Part shown: positions 1 through 8,366 of the stretch, piece after piece
Numbering within the stretch: the first letter of the stretch is position 1
Layout of the letters: every line of letters begins with the position of its first letter
Assembly (NCBI GenBank): GCA_964611235.1
Contig: CAZSWH010000002.1
Location: 1 to 38,460, forward strand
Length of the DNA: 38,460 nt
Source of the DNA: Candidatus Woesearchaeota archaeon
GTDB lineage: Archaea > Nanobdellota > Nanobdellia > Pacearchaeales > GW2011-AR1
Direction of reading: 5' to 3'
The notes under the pieces: model-generated
Told to the model about the DNA's origin: nothing
Database searches by the model: none
The model's input: only the letters and a program-made list of their open reading frames with translations
Translations under genes and position numbers: made by a program

Positions 1-68
1 CGCAGATTTGATTAGAACTGACTTGTTCAGTTCACAATCTTTCTTATCTGCCTCCGATATTTTATTTT
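1..68 (-). repeat. Leader repeat copy 1 (cut by the window edge): promoter/5' leader hairpin element directly downstream of rpl4
   Basis: nt 1-68 equal 24677-24744 except one mismatch (g at 56 versus a). The first 37 nt are identical to 30257-30293. Contains the inverted repeat gaactga-cttgt-tcagttc. Confidence 0.8.
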
Positions 69-854
69 TCATTTGAATTTCTCTCCTATTTCTTTAATTG
101 ACTTTTCTGTGTAACAAGTAATTCTTCCTGGCTCTCCATTTGGCGACAGGTCGCTTATTCTTAAATTGTTTACATTAACTACATCAATTCCTTTTCTTTT
201 CATTTTCTTTCCACTTGATATAATAAATAAAAGTCCTGCATTTGATTTATATTTTCTCCCCCTCATTTTTCCTTTTCCTTTTCTGATTGTTTTTTTCTTT
301 ATTGCTTTATTAAAATTCTCTTCAAAAACTTTTTTTAATAAACCAAAAAATCCTTTAGTTTTTAGTTCTAAAACTTTTTCCTCAAATATAATTCCAGAAA
401 TAATTTTCTTTCCATATTTTTTCTCAATACATTTTGAGTCTAATGTTCCTGTGAGTGCAGAATTAAAAGCGATTGATAATTCTTTTTTATTTATTTTTTT
501 GAAAGGGTTTTTCTCGCTTCTTGGGGCGTGAGGTTTTCTCCCTCCGCGTGTGTTTGATACAGTTGCACCAATCCAATTAAAGCTGGAACCATGTCTTGAT
601 AAAATTTTGCGGGGGATTCTTGAAATTCCTCTTCCGTAAGTTGTTTTCCATACATGTCTTCGGTGTTTTAAAATTCCTGACGCAGAATATTGTGCTCCTG
701 CATCTTTCATAGCCCCATAAGGTTGAGCGTAAACCCCTTTTTGCGCTTCAAAAACTTTTGATAAAATGTCTTCACGAATTCTCGCAGAGAAATTTTTTGG
801 CAACTCTAAATTTCCTTTTTCTTTTCCATATTGGTCTATTATTTTTGCTTTCAT
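69..854 (-). CDS. rpl4: 50S ribosomal protein L4 (uL4)
   Basis: Typical archaeal L4 sequence (MKAKIIDQYGKEKGNLELP..., GRGISRIPR, GGRKPHAPR) and position after rpl3. I prefer the ATG at 852-854 (MKAKII) over 875 because it forms an ATGA overlap with the stop of the upstream ORF. Confidence 0.9.
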   Translation of the reverse strand: MKAKIIDQYGKEKGNLELPKNFSARIREDILSKVFEAQKGVYAQPYGAMKDAGAQYSASGILKHRRHVWKTTYGRGISRIPRKILSRHGSSFNWIGATVSNTRGGRKPHAPRSEKNPFKKINKKELSIAFNSALTGTLDSKCIEKKYGKKIISGIIFEEKVLELKTKGFFGLLKKVFEENFNKAIKKKTIRKGKGKMRGRKYKSNAGLLFIISSGKKMKRKGIDVVNVNNLRISDLSPNGEPGRITCYTEKSIKEIGEKFK

Positions 855-1219
855 CCTGCTATTAACTCTAAACATTTATCATAATAAGAAGGGTCACCAC
901 TGTTAATTCCTGTTCTTCTTTTTACTTCAATTACAATAGTGCCTTTGCTACAATAAAGTAATTTATCTTTGAGGTTAGGAACTGTAAAACAAAACATTCC
1001 TCCATCAATCTGTCCACTACTCTCAGGAACAGCATAATCAAAAATTCTATTTTTTTCTTCATCAAACCATAAAAAAATAATTTTTCCGTTATCATACCTA
1101 ATTCTAAAGACCACTTCAAACTCTTTTTTATCTGAGAGATTTTTTGCTATAAAACACGTTCCATTAGGCATAGTTTCGAAATCATCTAGATAATCTAAAA
1201 ATTTAACTAGTTTTTTCAT
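851..1219 (-). CDS. Hypothetical 122-aa protein inserted between rpl3 and rpl4
   Basis: Complete ORF with ordinary globular composition. Its ATG (1217-1219) overlaps the rpl3 TGA (1216-1218) and its TGA (851-853) overlaps the rpl4 ATG (852-854). I recognised no family motif. Confidence 0.6.
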   Translation of the reverse strand: MKKLVKFLDYLDDFETMPNGTCFIAKNLSDKKEFEVVFRIRYDNGKIIFLWFDEEKNRIFDYAVPESSGQIDGGMFCFTVPNLKDKLLYCSKGTIVIEVKRRTGINSGDPSYYDKCLELIAG

Positions 1220-2157
1220 CTTATTTCTACTAATTGTAGTTTCTTTTTAGATTGTTTCTTTGTAGGACGGATTGCAGGGGTTAAAACAAGTCCTCTTTTT
1301 GCAGGTCCTGGGACAGAGCCCTTTAAAATCATATAATCGTTTTTAACAATCCCGTAATGCTCAAACCCCCCTTTTTTGTTTATGTTTTTTCCCGTTATTT
1401 TTTCAATTTCTAATATTAAACTATTGTAGGTAATCCTGTTTTGGAATCCTGTCTGTCCTGCTTGAGCGGTTCTGAAAGTGACTCTTGCAGGATGCCATGG
1501 AGCGAGAGAGCCAGGTCTTCTTCTCCCTTTTTCTGACTTGTGGCTTTTTAATGAAATTCCAAATCTCCTTACAGGTCCTTGAGTTCCATAACCTTTAGTT
1601 ACTGCCCGAACATCAACTAAATTGTCCTTAAATACTTCTTTTATTGTGATTTCCTTTCCAATTTTCTCTTTGATAAAATTAATTTTTTTGTCTTTGTCTC
1701 CTGAGAGAGCCACTTCTATTATATCGGGTTTTTTCTTTCCAATGCCAGTGTTTTTTATTTCAGAATACAAAATTACTCTTATATCATTAAAATCTTCTTC
1801 TGATATTTGTTTTATCTCCTTAGGGAGTTTAACTTTTCTTTTTAGCTCTTTGTCTTTCGCCACAACAAATTCTTTTGAAACCTTTATGTTTTTGTAAAGT
1901 CTGACAGAATAAATTTTCATTGGAGGGCACTCAATTATAGTTGCAGGGACTATGATTCTTTTGTTTTTTGTCATAGAATCTTCTGTTGAGTCCTTAACAC
2001 AAGCAGAAACCATTCCAACTTTGTATCCTATGAAACCTAAAAAACCTGTGTCCTTTCCTGAAACAACTTTCCAGTTCACACTAGGAACAATTTTCTTTGC
2101 CCTAACTCTAGGGTAAAATTGCAAACTTCCTTTGTGTATTCCGCTGTTGTCTGTCAT
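1216..2157 (-). CDS. rpl3: 50S ribosomal protein L3 (uL3)
   Basis: HKGSLQFYPRVRA N-terminus, TKGYGTQGPVRRFG and RRPGSLAPWHPARV motifs typical of archaeal L3. Confidence 0.95.
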   Translation of the reverse strand: MTDNSGIHKGSLQFYPRVRAKKIVPSVNWKVVSGKDTGFLGFIGYKVGMVSACVKDSTEDSMTKNKRIIVPATIIECPPMKIYSVRLYKNIKVSKEFVVAKDKELKRKVKLPKEIKQISEEDFNDIRVILYSEIKNTGIGKKKPDIIEVALSGDKDKKINFIKEKIGKEITIKEVFKDNLVDVRAVTKGYGTQGPVRRFGISLKSHKSEKGRRRPGSLAPWHPARVTFRTAQAGQTGFQNRITYNSLILEIEKITGKNINKKGGFEHYGIVKNDYMILKGSVPGPAKRGLVLTPAIRPTKKQSKKKLQLVEIR

Positions 2158-2379
2158 TATATACCTTTGATTATTAATTTACCAAATAGCATTTTGGTTT
2201 ATCGTGACCAACCAATCACAAAATTCTCTGCCCAAACATTTAAGTTTTGAGCCACCGTTAAAATTTACCACAAAAGAAGTTTATAAAGTTATCTTTGGGG
2301 GTTCTCTGGTACATTAAGTGGTCTTATTTAGATAATTTAACATAGAAAAATATAAAAATGAATAATTGTTCGCATCTTC

Positions 2380-2925
2380 ATGGATGAGAATTGGAATAAA
2401 TCAAAAGCGATTGGAAATATTGCAGAAAGCATTGTTGAAATGTTAATTAACTCTATGCCTGATTGGAAATGTATTAAATTTGGTGTAGAAAACCATATTG
2501 AAGAATTAAAAAGTGTTGTTAGAAAAGATATAAGTGAAACCACAAGAAGAATAAAATCTATGCCAGATTTTATTGCATACAATGTAAAAGAAGGAAAAGC
2601 ATTCTTTATTGAAGTTAAATATAGAAGTTTTATTGATAAACGAGATGGGAAATCAGAATATAAACTTGATTTTTTAGAAGAATATTTAGAATATTGGAAG
2701 GGGACTAAATTAATTGTAGTTAATCCAACAATTTCTCCTCACTTTTTTGTAATTGATTTGAATGATGTTGAAAGAAAAAAAATGCTTAACACAGAAAGAT
2801 TGAACGAATGGGATTATAGGTGGAATTTTAAAGATATTGAAAAAGGGATTAAAGATTTGTTTCCTGAATTAGAAGAAAGAGTATTAAATGACGCAATAAA
2901 ATTAGTTCCAAAAAAAGATGATTAA
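2380..2925 (+). CDS. PD-(D/E)XK nuclease-fold protein (restriction endonuclease-like)
   Basis: GNIAESIV ... MPDFIAYN ... AFFIEVKYRS arrangement matches the E / PD / (D/E)xK signature of the restriction-endonuclease fold. No other domain recognised. Confidence 0.5.
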   Translation: MDENWNKSKAIGNIAESIVEMLINSMPDWKCIKFGVENHIEELKSVVRKDISETTRRIKSMPDFIAYNVKEGKAFFIEVKYRSFIDKRDGKSEYKLDFLEEYLEYWKGTKLIVVNPTISPHFFVIDLNDVERKKMLNTERLNEWDYRWNFKDIEKGIKDLFPELEERVLNDAIKLVPKKDD

Positions 2926-2957
2926 CAACTTAATTCAATTAACTTCAACTATTTATT

Positions 2958-3170
2958 TTAACTATTTAATTTTAAGTTAGTAGCCAACTCATAAGAACAG
3001 CAGTTAATCGCCTGATGTTTTCTAATAAAGTTATAAAATAATTCATAACCATTAATTATAGCGTCGGAACTTTCTATTGAGCTGTGAATACTTCTGAAAG
3101 TTTTTGTCCTTGCTCTTATTGAATTATGCCTTTTAATAGGATGATTAAAATCTCTTTGAACGATAGTCCT
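2958..3170 (-). pseudogene. C-terminal remnant of a DDE transposase/integrase (no start codon, about 70 codons)
   Basis: Minus-strand frame reads RTIVQRDFNHPIKRHNSIRARTKTFRSIHSSIESSDAIINGYELFYNFIRKHQAINCCSYELATNLKLNS*. The segment R-x-K-x-F-R...YNFIRxHQA is the characteristic C-terminal end of IS6/rve-type DDE transposases. An in-frame stop lies immediately upstream (3171-3173). Confidence 0.45.
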
Positions 3171-3220
3171 TTAATTACATCTTCGCAAAACTTTTTATAA
3201 CATCTTATATTTAGTTTTTT

Positions 3221-4711
3221 ATGGGTGAAGATTTTGAATTAGTGAGTGAGGAGCATCCCCAGGTTGCTAAAAAAATAGAAGAGGGATTGGACATCAGTGT
3301 TAAGGAAGGAGCTGTTTCTTCTATGTCTTCTGGTTTTGGGCTTTCTTATCTGATTCCTTTTGCGCTTGCTATGAATGCGACCTCCAGTCAAATAGGACTT
3401 CTTTATGGAATGATAAATCTTTTTCCGAGCATTATTCAGTTGAGGGCGTCTCATCTAATAAAAAAAATTTCCAGTAAAAAAATTGTTCTATGGGGTGTTT
3501 TGGCTCAGACAGTCCTCTGGTTCTTGGTTATATTAATAGGGGTAGGATTTTATAAAGGAGTTCTAAATTCTATGTGGTTGTTAATTGCAGTTTCAACTTT
3601 GATTTATAGTTTCAATGCTTTGGTTTATCCTGCGTGGTTTTTGTGGATGGGTTTTCTTGTGCCTGAAAAAATAAGAGGAAAATATTTCTCGAGAAGAAAT
3701 CTCATCGTGGGGTTGTTTGGAGTTGCATCAATGATTATTGCGGCAATTATTCTTGATAAAGTCAGAGAAGTTGGATTAGGGAAAGAAAGTGTTCTTTTTT
3801 ACACTTTGCTTGGATTTGGGATTATCTTTTTTATTGCTTTGTTATTTAAAATATGGTCATGGAAACTTCTTAAAAAAACTTATATTTCAAGGATTAAATT
3901 AAGGAACAAAGATTATTTCTCTTTTTGGCAGTTTTTCAGAAAAGCTCCTTCGACACCTTTCGGAAGATTTACAATTTTTAGATTTTTTCTTAGCATCAGT
4001 ATTGGAGTTTCTGTTCCTTTTTTCTCAGTTTATTTATTGAGGAATTTAGGACTTTCTTATATATGGTTTATGGCTATTACAGTGTCATCGATTTTTTTCC
4101 AATTGATTTTCCTGCCTTTGCTTGGGAAAGTTTCTGACAGATTTGGGAATATTGAATTAACAAAGATTAGTGTGGGATTAATTTTTATAATTCCTGGCTT
4201 GTGGGCTATTTCTGCTCTTATTCCTAATATTGTTTTTATGAGATGGTATTTATTAATTATTCCTTCTATAGTAAGTGGTTTTGCATGGGCTGGTTATAAT
4301 CTTGCTACTAATAATTATGTTTATGATTCAGTAAGTAAGAATAAAAGGGGCTACGGAGCAATTTATATGAACCTTCTTGTAGGAATTGGTGTTTTCGTAG
4401 GTTCTATAATTGGTTCAGTTATTGCTAAAATAGGGGTTTCGTTTATTGACACTATTATATTTATATTCCTTTTTTCTATGGTAGCGAGATTTTTAGTTTT
4501 TGTTTTTGGGGCGAAATATCTTAAAGAAGTGCGCCCTGTCAGAAAGTTCTCCTCACGTTTTCTTGTAAAAGAGTTTAAGCCACTTCAGGAAACAATTAGG
4601 GAAGTTAATTATGTAGAAAATATGATGGGAATCAGTGAATTTAAAAAAGAAATTTTGCAGGTTAAACGTCCAGCACTACTTCGCAGAAATATTCTCCGTT
4701 CTCCTTTTTGA
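3221..4711 (+). CDS. Major facilitator superfamily-type transporter
   Basis: About 12 hydrophobic segments in a two-times-six layout, a long central basic loop, and an MFS-like loop motif GKVSDRFGN. Confidence 0.7.
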   Translation: MGEDFELVSEEHPQVAKKIEEGLDISVKEGAVSSMSSGFGLSYLIPFALAMNATSSQIGLLYGMINLFPSIIQLRASHLIKKISSKKIVLWGVLAQTVLWFLVILIGVGFYKGVLNSMWLLIAVSTLIYSFNALVYPAWFLWMGFLVPEKIRGKYFSRRNLIVGLFGVASMIIAAIILDKVREVGLGKESVLFYTLLGFGIIFFIALLFKIWSWKLLKKTYISRIKLRNKDYFSFWQFFRKAPSTPFGRFTIFRFFLSISIGVSVPFFSVYLLRNLGLSYIWFMAITVSSIFFQLIFLPLLGKVSDRFGNIELTKISVGLIFIIPGLWAISALIPNIVFMRWYLLIIPSIVSGFAWAGYNLATNNYVYDSVSKNKRGYGAIYMNLLVGIGVFVGSIIGSVIAKIGVSFIDTIIFIFLFSMVARFLVFVFGAKYLKEVRPVRKFSSRFLVKEFKPLQETIREVNYVENMMGISEFKKEILQVKRPALLRRNILRSPF

Positions 4712-5075
4712 CAAACATCCCGTTGTAAGTTACCGCCTTTACATCATTTGTAAATTTGTAATTTTCTTCTTTGTCTCCAAAAACAATTGCTTTGAGTGTA
4801 AAGTTGTCTTCATCTATTTTTATTTCTTTAAACTCAGAGACTAAAAATTTTTCTGCATCAAGTAAGAACAAAAATTCTTCAAGAAAATTATATAGAAGAT
4901 TTTCAATATCATCTCCTTTAATGTTTAGAACTTTTTCTTCCTGGTCCAGGATTTTTATATCACCCCTTATAACTTCATTTAATGCTTTTGCAGATGAGAC
5001 AAATAATTCTTCTATTGTTTTTCCTTTAGCTCTAAATTTCACATCAGCAGTGTGTTCTAAAAAGTCATAAGACAT
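4662..5075 (-). CDS. Archease
   Basis: N-terminus MSYDFLEHTADVKFRAKGKTIEELF is the archease signature (F/Y-x-x-EHTAD). Size 137 aa and C-terminal VKAVTYNG fit the family. Confidence 0.85.
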   Translation of the reverse strand: MSYDFLEHTADVKFRAKGKTIEELFVSSAKALNEVIRGDIKILDQEEKVLNIKGDDIENLLYNFLEEFLFLLDAEKFLVSEFKEIKIDEDNFTLKAIVFGDKEENYKFTNDVKAVTYNGMFVKKENGEYFCEVVLDV

Positions 5076-5229
5076 TAATTAACAAGGAAAAGAAAGCTTA
5101 TAAGCTTTGTTAATCTATTTTTTGTAGAAATATTATTTTTCTGTTTCAGATTCTTTTAAATTCATATTAACTATAGACTACAAACCTTTTTATATCTTTT
5201 TAATTTTTTGATAGATAAGGTATAATATT

Positions 5230-6015
5230 ATGAAAAAGATCCCACAAGATATTATTGGTAATATAGCAATTTTGAAATTCCCAAAGGAGACTTTTTGGAT
5301 AATAAAAAAAATAAAGGCTTTTATTTTTCTAAAAAGAAATAAAAATATTGAAACTGTTCTTGAAAAAATTAAAGGATTCTCCGGCGAGTTAAGGACTCTA
5401 AAAACAAGATATCTTACAGGTGTTAAAACTAAAGAAACTTTTTATAAAGAAAATGGATGTGTTTTTAGGTTTAACATCGATGATGTTTATTTCTCTCCAC
5501 GACTTTCTAATGAACGAAAAATAATTAGTGAAGAAATTGCAAAAATATCAAAAAAAAGCAGGACAAAAATCCTTGTTATGTTTTCAGGAGTTTCTCCTTA
5601 CCCTATTGTAATAGCAAAAAAATTATCTGAAAAGAAAAAGAAAGCAGAGATAATATCCAATGAATTGAATAAAAAAGCTAATGTTTATGGAAAGAAAAAT
5701 ATTTTTTTAAATAAATTTGAAGATTATATAACTCTTATTGAAGGTAACGCTGAAAATCTCCCCAAAAAATTAAAAAAGAAATTTGATGTTATTTTAATGC
5801 CAAGACCTGCTCTTAAAAAAACTTTTTTAAAAACTGCGCTTATGCTTTCAAAAAAAGGGACTGTAATTTATTATTATGGGTTTGGTTCAATGAACGATGT
5901 TTTGGGTGAAATTAAAAGAGACACAAAAGGAAAGAGAGGAAAAATTTTAATAAGAAAAGCAGGAGATATTGGTCCGAGCAGGTATCGTTGGCAGGCGAGG
6001 TTTAGAGTTAAATAA
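5230..6015 (+). CDS. trm5: tRNA (guanine37-N1)-methyltransferase Trm5-like (Met-10+ family), short form
   Basis: DIIGNIAILKFP, KENGCVFRFNIDDVYFSPRLSNER, a Rossmann segment ILVMFSGVSPY, and ILMPRP in place of the NLP(Y) motif. Appears to lack the N-terminal D1 domain. Confidence 0.75.
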   Translation: MKKIPQDIIGNIAILKFPKETFWIIKKIKAFIFLKRNKNIETVLEKIKGFSGELRTLKTRYLTGVKTKETFYKENGCVFRFNIDDVYFSPRLSNERKIISEEIAKISKKSRTKILVMFSGVSPYPIVIAKKLSEKKKKAEIISNELNKKANVYGKKNIFLNKFEDYITLIEGNAENLPKKLKKKFDVILMPRPALKKTFLKTALMLSKKGTVIYYYGFGSMNDVLGEIKRDTKGKRGKILIRKAGDIGPSRYRWQARFRVK

Positions 6016-6309
6016 AAATGAGATTAAAAATTGTTGCTTGGCTTCGCCCAAATTCTAATGTATGTGTGTGATTGTATTTTGTATTAATACTAATTTATAA
6101 TAATAATCACTTTTTATAAATTTCCTATTTATTTTCCATTAATGAGTTATTACAATAAACAAAAGTTGTGAGACTTTATTTTCTAGTTCTTATCCGGATT
6201 TGCCTGTTATTTTATAGATAAGAGCAATCAAAAACTACACAAGTCTTGTGTTCAGGAAAATCAGAAACTTACTCTGCTACACTTCGTTATGAAGGACTTC
6301 TCTAAATCT

Positions 6310-7029
6310 TTATATTTTGCCCTCTGCATTTCTTTCTAAATTACTGCTAAAAGAGAGAACGCCTGCACGTCCACTCGCGATAATTTTTTCATTTTGCCAC
6401 CATCGAAGTTTAAAATATTTTAAAGGACCTTTTATTCTTATATCTCCTACAGTAATTTTAATAATTCCTGGTTTGTATCCTAAATGCATATTAAAACTTA
6501 ACGAAGCGTGTATTCCACTCTCTTTGTTTCTTGAGCCATAGTCAAGAAGTGCCGGTGCAGAAAGAGACGCTAAATACATTTCAGGAGTATCTTCCACGTT
6601 AGGAGCATAACCTATTGAACTTAAAAATAAACTTATTCTTTCTTGGCACACATCAGATTCATAAGTGTGAAGTTTCTCTTTCAGAGATTCTGGAGCAGAT
6701 GAATAACCCTCTATTTTAACCCCTGAAACTGAACAGACAACCTTGTTATCTTTTTTAAATTCAAAATCTCTTGCCCTGCTAACTTTATGGGGAGTTTCTT
6801 TTATTAGTATATGGTCTTCATAAAAGACATGGTCTAGAAACTTAATTTGTTTTATACTTGAGAGACCTGTTCTGCTTTGGATATGTGAGGCTATCCACAT
6901 CCCAGGAACAATCGCTTTGTTGAGTCCGTAATTTTTTGCTTCATCATCAGATTGATGAATAAGATTTTTATCTCTAACAGAATCAGTGTATCTTAAACCA
7001 TTGGTGTGCGTAAGGATTATATTTTCCAT
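6310..7029 (-). CDS. MaoC-like (hotdog fold) dehydratase-domain protein
   Basis: RDKNLIHQSDDEAKNYGLNKAIVPGMW resembles the MaoC hydratase motif (D-x-N-x-I-H-x5-A ... I-x-x-G). Confidence 0.5.
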   Translation of the reverse strand: MENIILTHTNGLRYTDSVRDKNLIHQSDDEAKNYGLNKAIVPGMWIASHIQSRTGLSSIKQIKFLDHVFYEDHILIKETPHKVSRARDFEFKKDNKVVCSVSGVKIEGYSSAPESLKEKLHTYESDVCQERISLFLSSIGYAPNVEDTPEMYLASLSAPALLDYGSRNKESGIHASLSFNMHLGYKPGIIKITVGDIRIKGPLKYFKLRWWQNEKIIASGRAGVLSFSSNLERNAEGKI

Positions 7030-7128
7030 AAACTTATTGCTTAAGAATATTTTAAAAAGGTTATTATATTAAATTTTATTTAGTGTTTTAATAGAATAAT
7101 TTAAAAACCTCATTTTGTAGATTTTTTA

Positions 7129-7344
7129 ATGGCAGTAAAAAGAAAAAAAATCGGGGCAGCAGGGAGATTTGGTGCTGGTTATGGGAAAATAAAAGGAAAA
7201 TTTTCTGAAGTAGAAAAAAGACAGAGAAAAAGACAGGAGTGTCCTTTTTGTAAAGGGAAGGCGAAGCGACAGGCAAGGGGAATCTGGCTTTGTTCAAAGT
7301 GTGGGAAGAATTTTGCAGGAGGAGTTTTTTACCTAAAGAATTAA
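7129..7344 (+). CDS. rpl37ae: 50S ribosomal protein L37Ae (eL43)
   Basis: GAAGRFGAGYG followed by the zinc ribbon CPFC...CSKCG, 71 aa. Confidence 0.9.
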   Translation: MAVKRKKIGAAGRFGAGYGKIKGKFSEVEKRQRKRQECPFCKGKAKRQARGIWLCSKCGKNFAGGVFYLKN

Positions 7345-7368
7345 AAACCCTTAGAAATTAAAAATAAC

Positions 7369-7506
7369 ATGGCATTATATAAATGTTTTTATTGCGGAAG
7401 TAAGCTTAAGTCAGAAGATCTTAATAAAAGATTTGTCTGCCCTGAATGTGGCGCTCGCGTTTTTTTTAAGCCAAGAACTAAAATGAAAAAAGTAAGCTCT
7501 AACTAA
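7369..7506 (+). CDS. rpoP: DNA-directed RNA polymerase subunit Rpo12 (RpoP)
   Basis: Not in the ORF track (45 aa): MALYKCFYCGSKLKSEDLNKRFVCPECGARVFFKPRTKMKKVSSN. Has a CxxC...CxxC zinc ribbon with the YxCxxCG...RCPxCG pattern, the conserved position after rpl37ae, and a stop that overlaps the next ATG (TAATG at 7504-7508). Confidence 0.7.
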   Translation: MALYKCFYCGSKLKSEDLNKRFVCPECGARVFFKPRTKMKKVSSN

Positions 7507-7868
7507 TGGCAGAGGAAAATAATAACCCTTTTGCAAATCTTGATGAAGAGACGCAAAATAAAATTCAGGAACTTCAGATGCTTGAGAATCATTTTCAACA
7601 GATGATTATGCAAAAGAATTCATTTTCTATAGAATTAAATGAAACTAATTTGATAATCAGAGAAGTAGAAAAAACAGATAAAGAGGTTTTAAGGATTATT
7701 GGAAATCAGGTTGCAATCAGGTCCAGCAAAGAGAAAGTTCTTGAAGATATGAAAAAGAAAAAAGAATTAATTGATACAAGATTGAAATCTTTGAAAACTC
7801 AAGAAAAAGAATTTTCTGATAAAATTGATTCTCTTAGAGATGAGATAATGAAGAAGATTAAAGGATAA
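7506..7868 (+). CDS. pfdB: Prefoldin beta subunit
   Basis: 120 aa, with two heptad coiled-coil arms flanking a central beta-hairpin region (IQELQMLENHFQQMIMQ ... LRIIGNQVAIRSSKE ... LKSLKTQEKEF). Confidence 0.75.
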   Translation: MAEENNNPFANLDEETQNKIQELQMLENHFQQMIMQKNSFSIELNETNLIIREVEKTDKEVLRIIGNQVAIRSSKEKVLEDMKKKKELIDTRLKSLKTQEKEFSDKIDSLRDEIMKKIKG

Positions 7869-7935
7869 TTTTAATAAATATTTTATTATTCTTAAGCACA
7901 TAAATATTTAAATACTTCTTGGGAGAAATTATAAT

Positions 7936-8334
7936 ATGGTATTTGATAAATTAAAAAAGATGATAAGAGGGAGAAAAGGAGAGGATTCTTCGGAGTTTAT
8001 AGAAATTGATTTAGAGAAAGAGAAACCAGAATCCAAAGTTTTAGTAAAGACCTTTGTTTTGAAAGTCTATGAAGATATAACTCCTATTCTTAATGCTCTA
8101 CGCGAAGGATATACGATTGCAGTTATAGATATTAAACCACTTAAATCAAAAGATGTTGTAGAATTGAAAAGAGCAATATCAAAAATAAAAAAAACTGTTG
8201 AAGCACTTGAAGGCAGAATTGCGGGCTTTGGGGAAAATGTAGTTATTGCAACTCCTTCTAAAGTTTTTGAAATTCAGAAAGGTTCAATTGAGCCACAGGA
8301 AGCCGCAAAGAGAGAAGGCATTGAGAGATTCTAA
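7936..8334 (+). CDS. sepF: SepF-like cell division protein
   Basis: Short basic N-terminal helix (MVFDKLKKMI), a linker, then the SepF core pattern VLVKTFVLKVYEDITPILNALREGYTIAVIDIKPL...ELKRAISKIK...LEGRIAGFGENVVIATP. Confidence 0.65.
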   Translation: MVFDKLKKMIRGRKGEDSSEFIEIDLEKEKPESKVLVKTFVLKVYEDITPILNALREGYTIAVIDIKPLKSKDVVELKRAISKIKKTVEALEGRIAGFGENVVIATPSKVFEIQKGSIEPQEAAKREGIERF

Positions 8335-8366
8335 ATTTTTAAAAACCTTCTTCACTTTTTTATTCT

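Noticed and set aside
166-531. Plus-strand ORF (121 aa) antisense to rpl4. Similar shadow ORFs lie at 1622-1897, 3239-3454, 4771-5070, 7088-7297, 15595-16002, 20729-21202, 21376-21591, 21833-22084, 23473-23706, 26046-26360, 26436-26633, 27083-27457, 27141-27341, 28064-28342, 28557-28808, 28926-29270, 29186-29392, 30667-30999, 31616-31978, 33285-33701, 34271-34615, 34625-34912, 35501-35746 and 36479-36763.
   Set aside because: All lie antisense to or out of frame with genes that have clear family signatures or paralogs. Their products are Phe/Leu/Ser/Ile-rich low-complexity strings typical of the reverse frames of AT-rich coding DNA.
931-1119. Same-strand alternative-frame ORFs nested in longer genes (931-1119, 12101-12313, 24763-24957, 32700-32927).
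   Set aside because: Each is fully contained in a longer, better-supported ORF on the same strand. Their compositions are odd and they lack an independent start context.
2337-2582. 81-aa minus-strand ORF overlapping the start of the PD-(D/E)XK nuclease gene.
   Set aside because: It is antisense to a gene with a recognisable motif set, and its hydrophobic low-complexity product is likely a shadow ORF.
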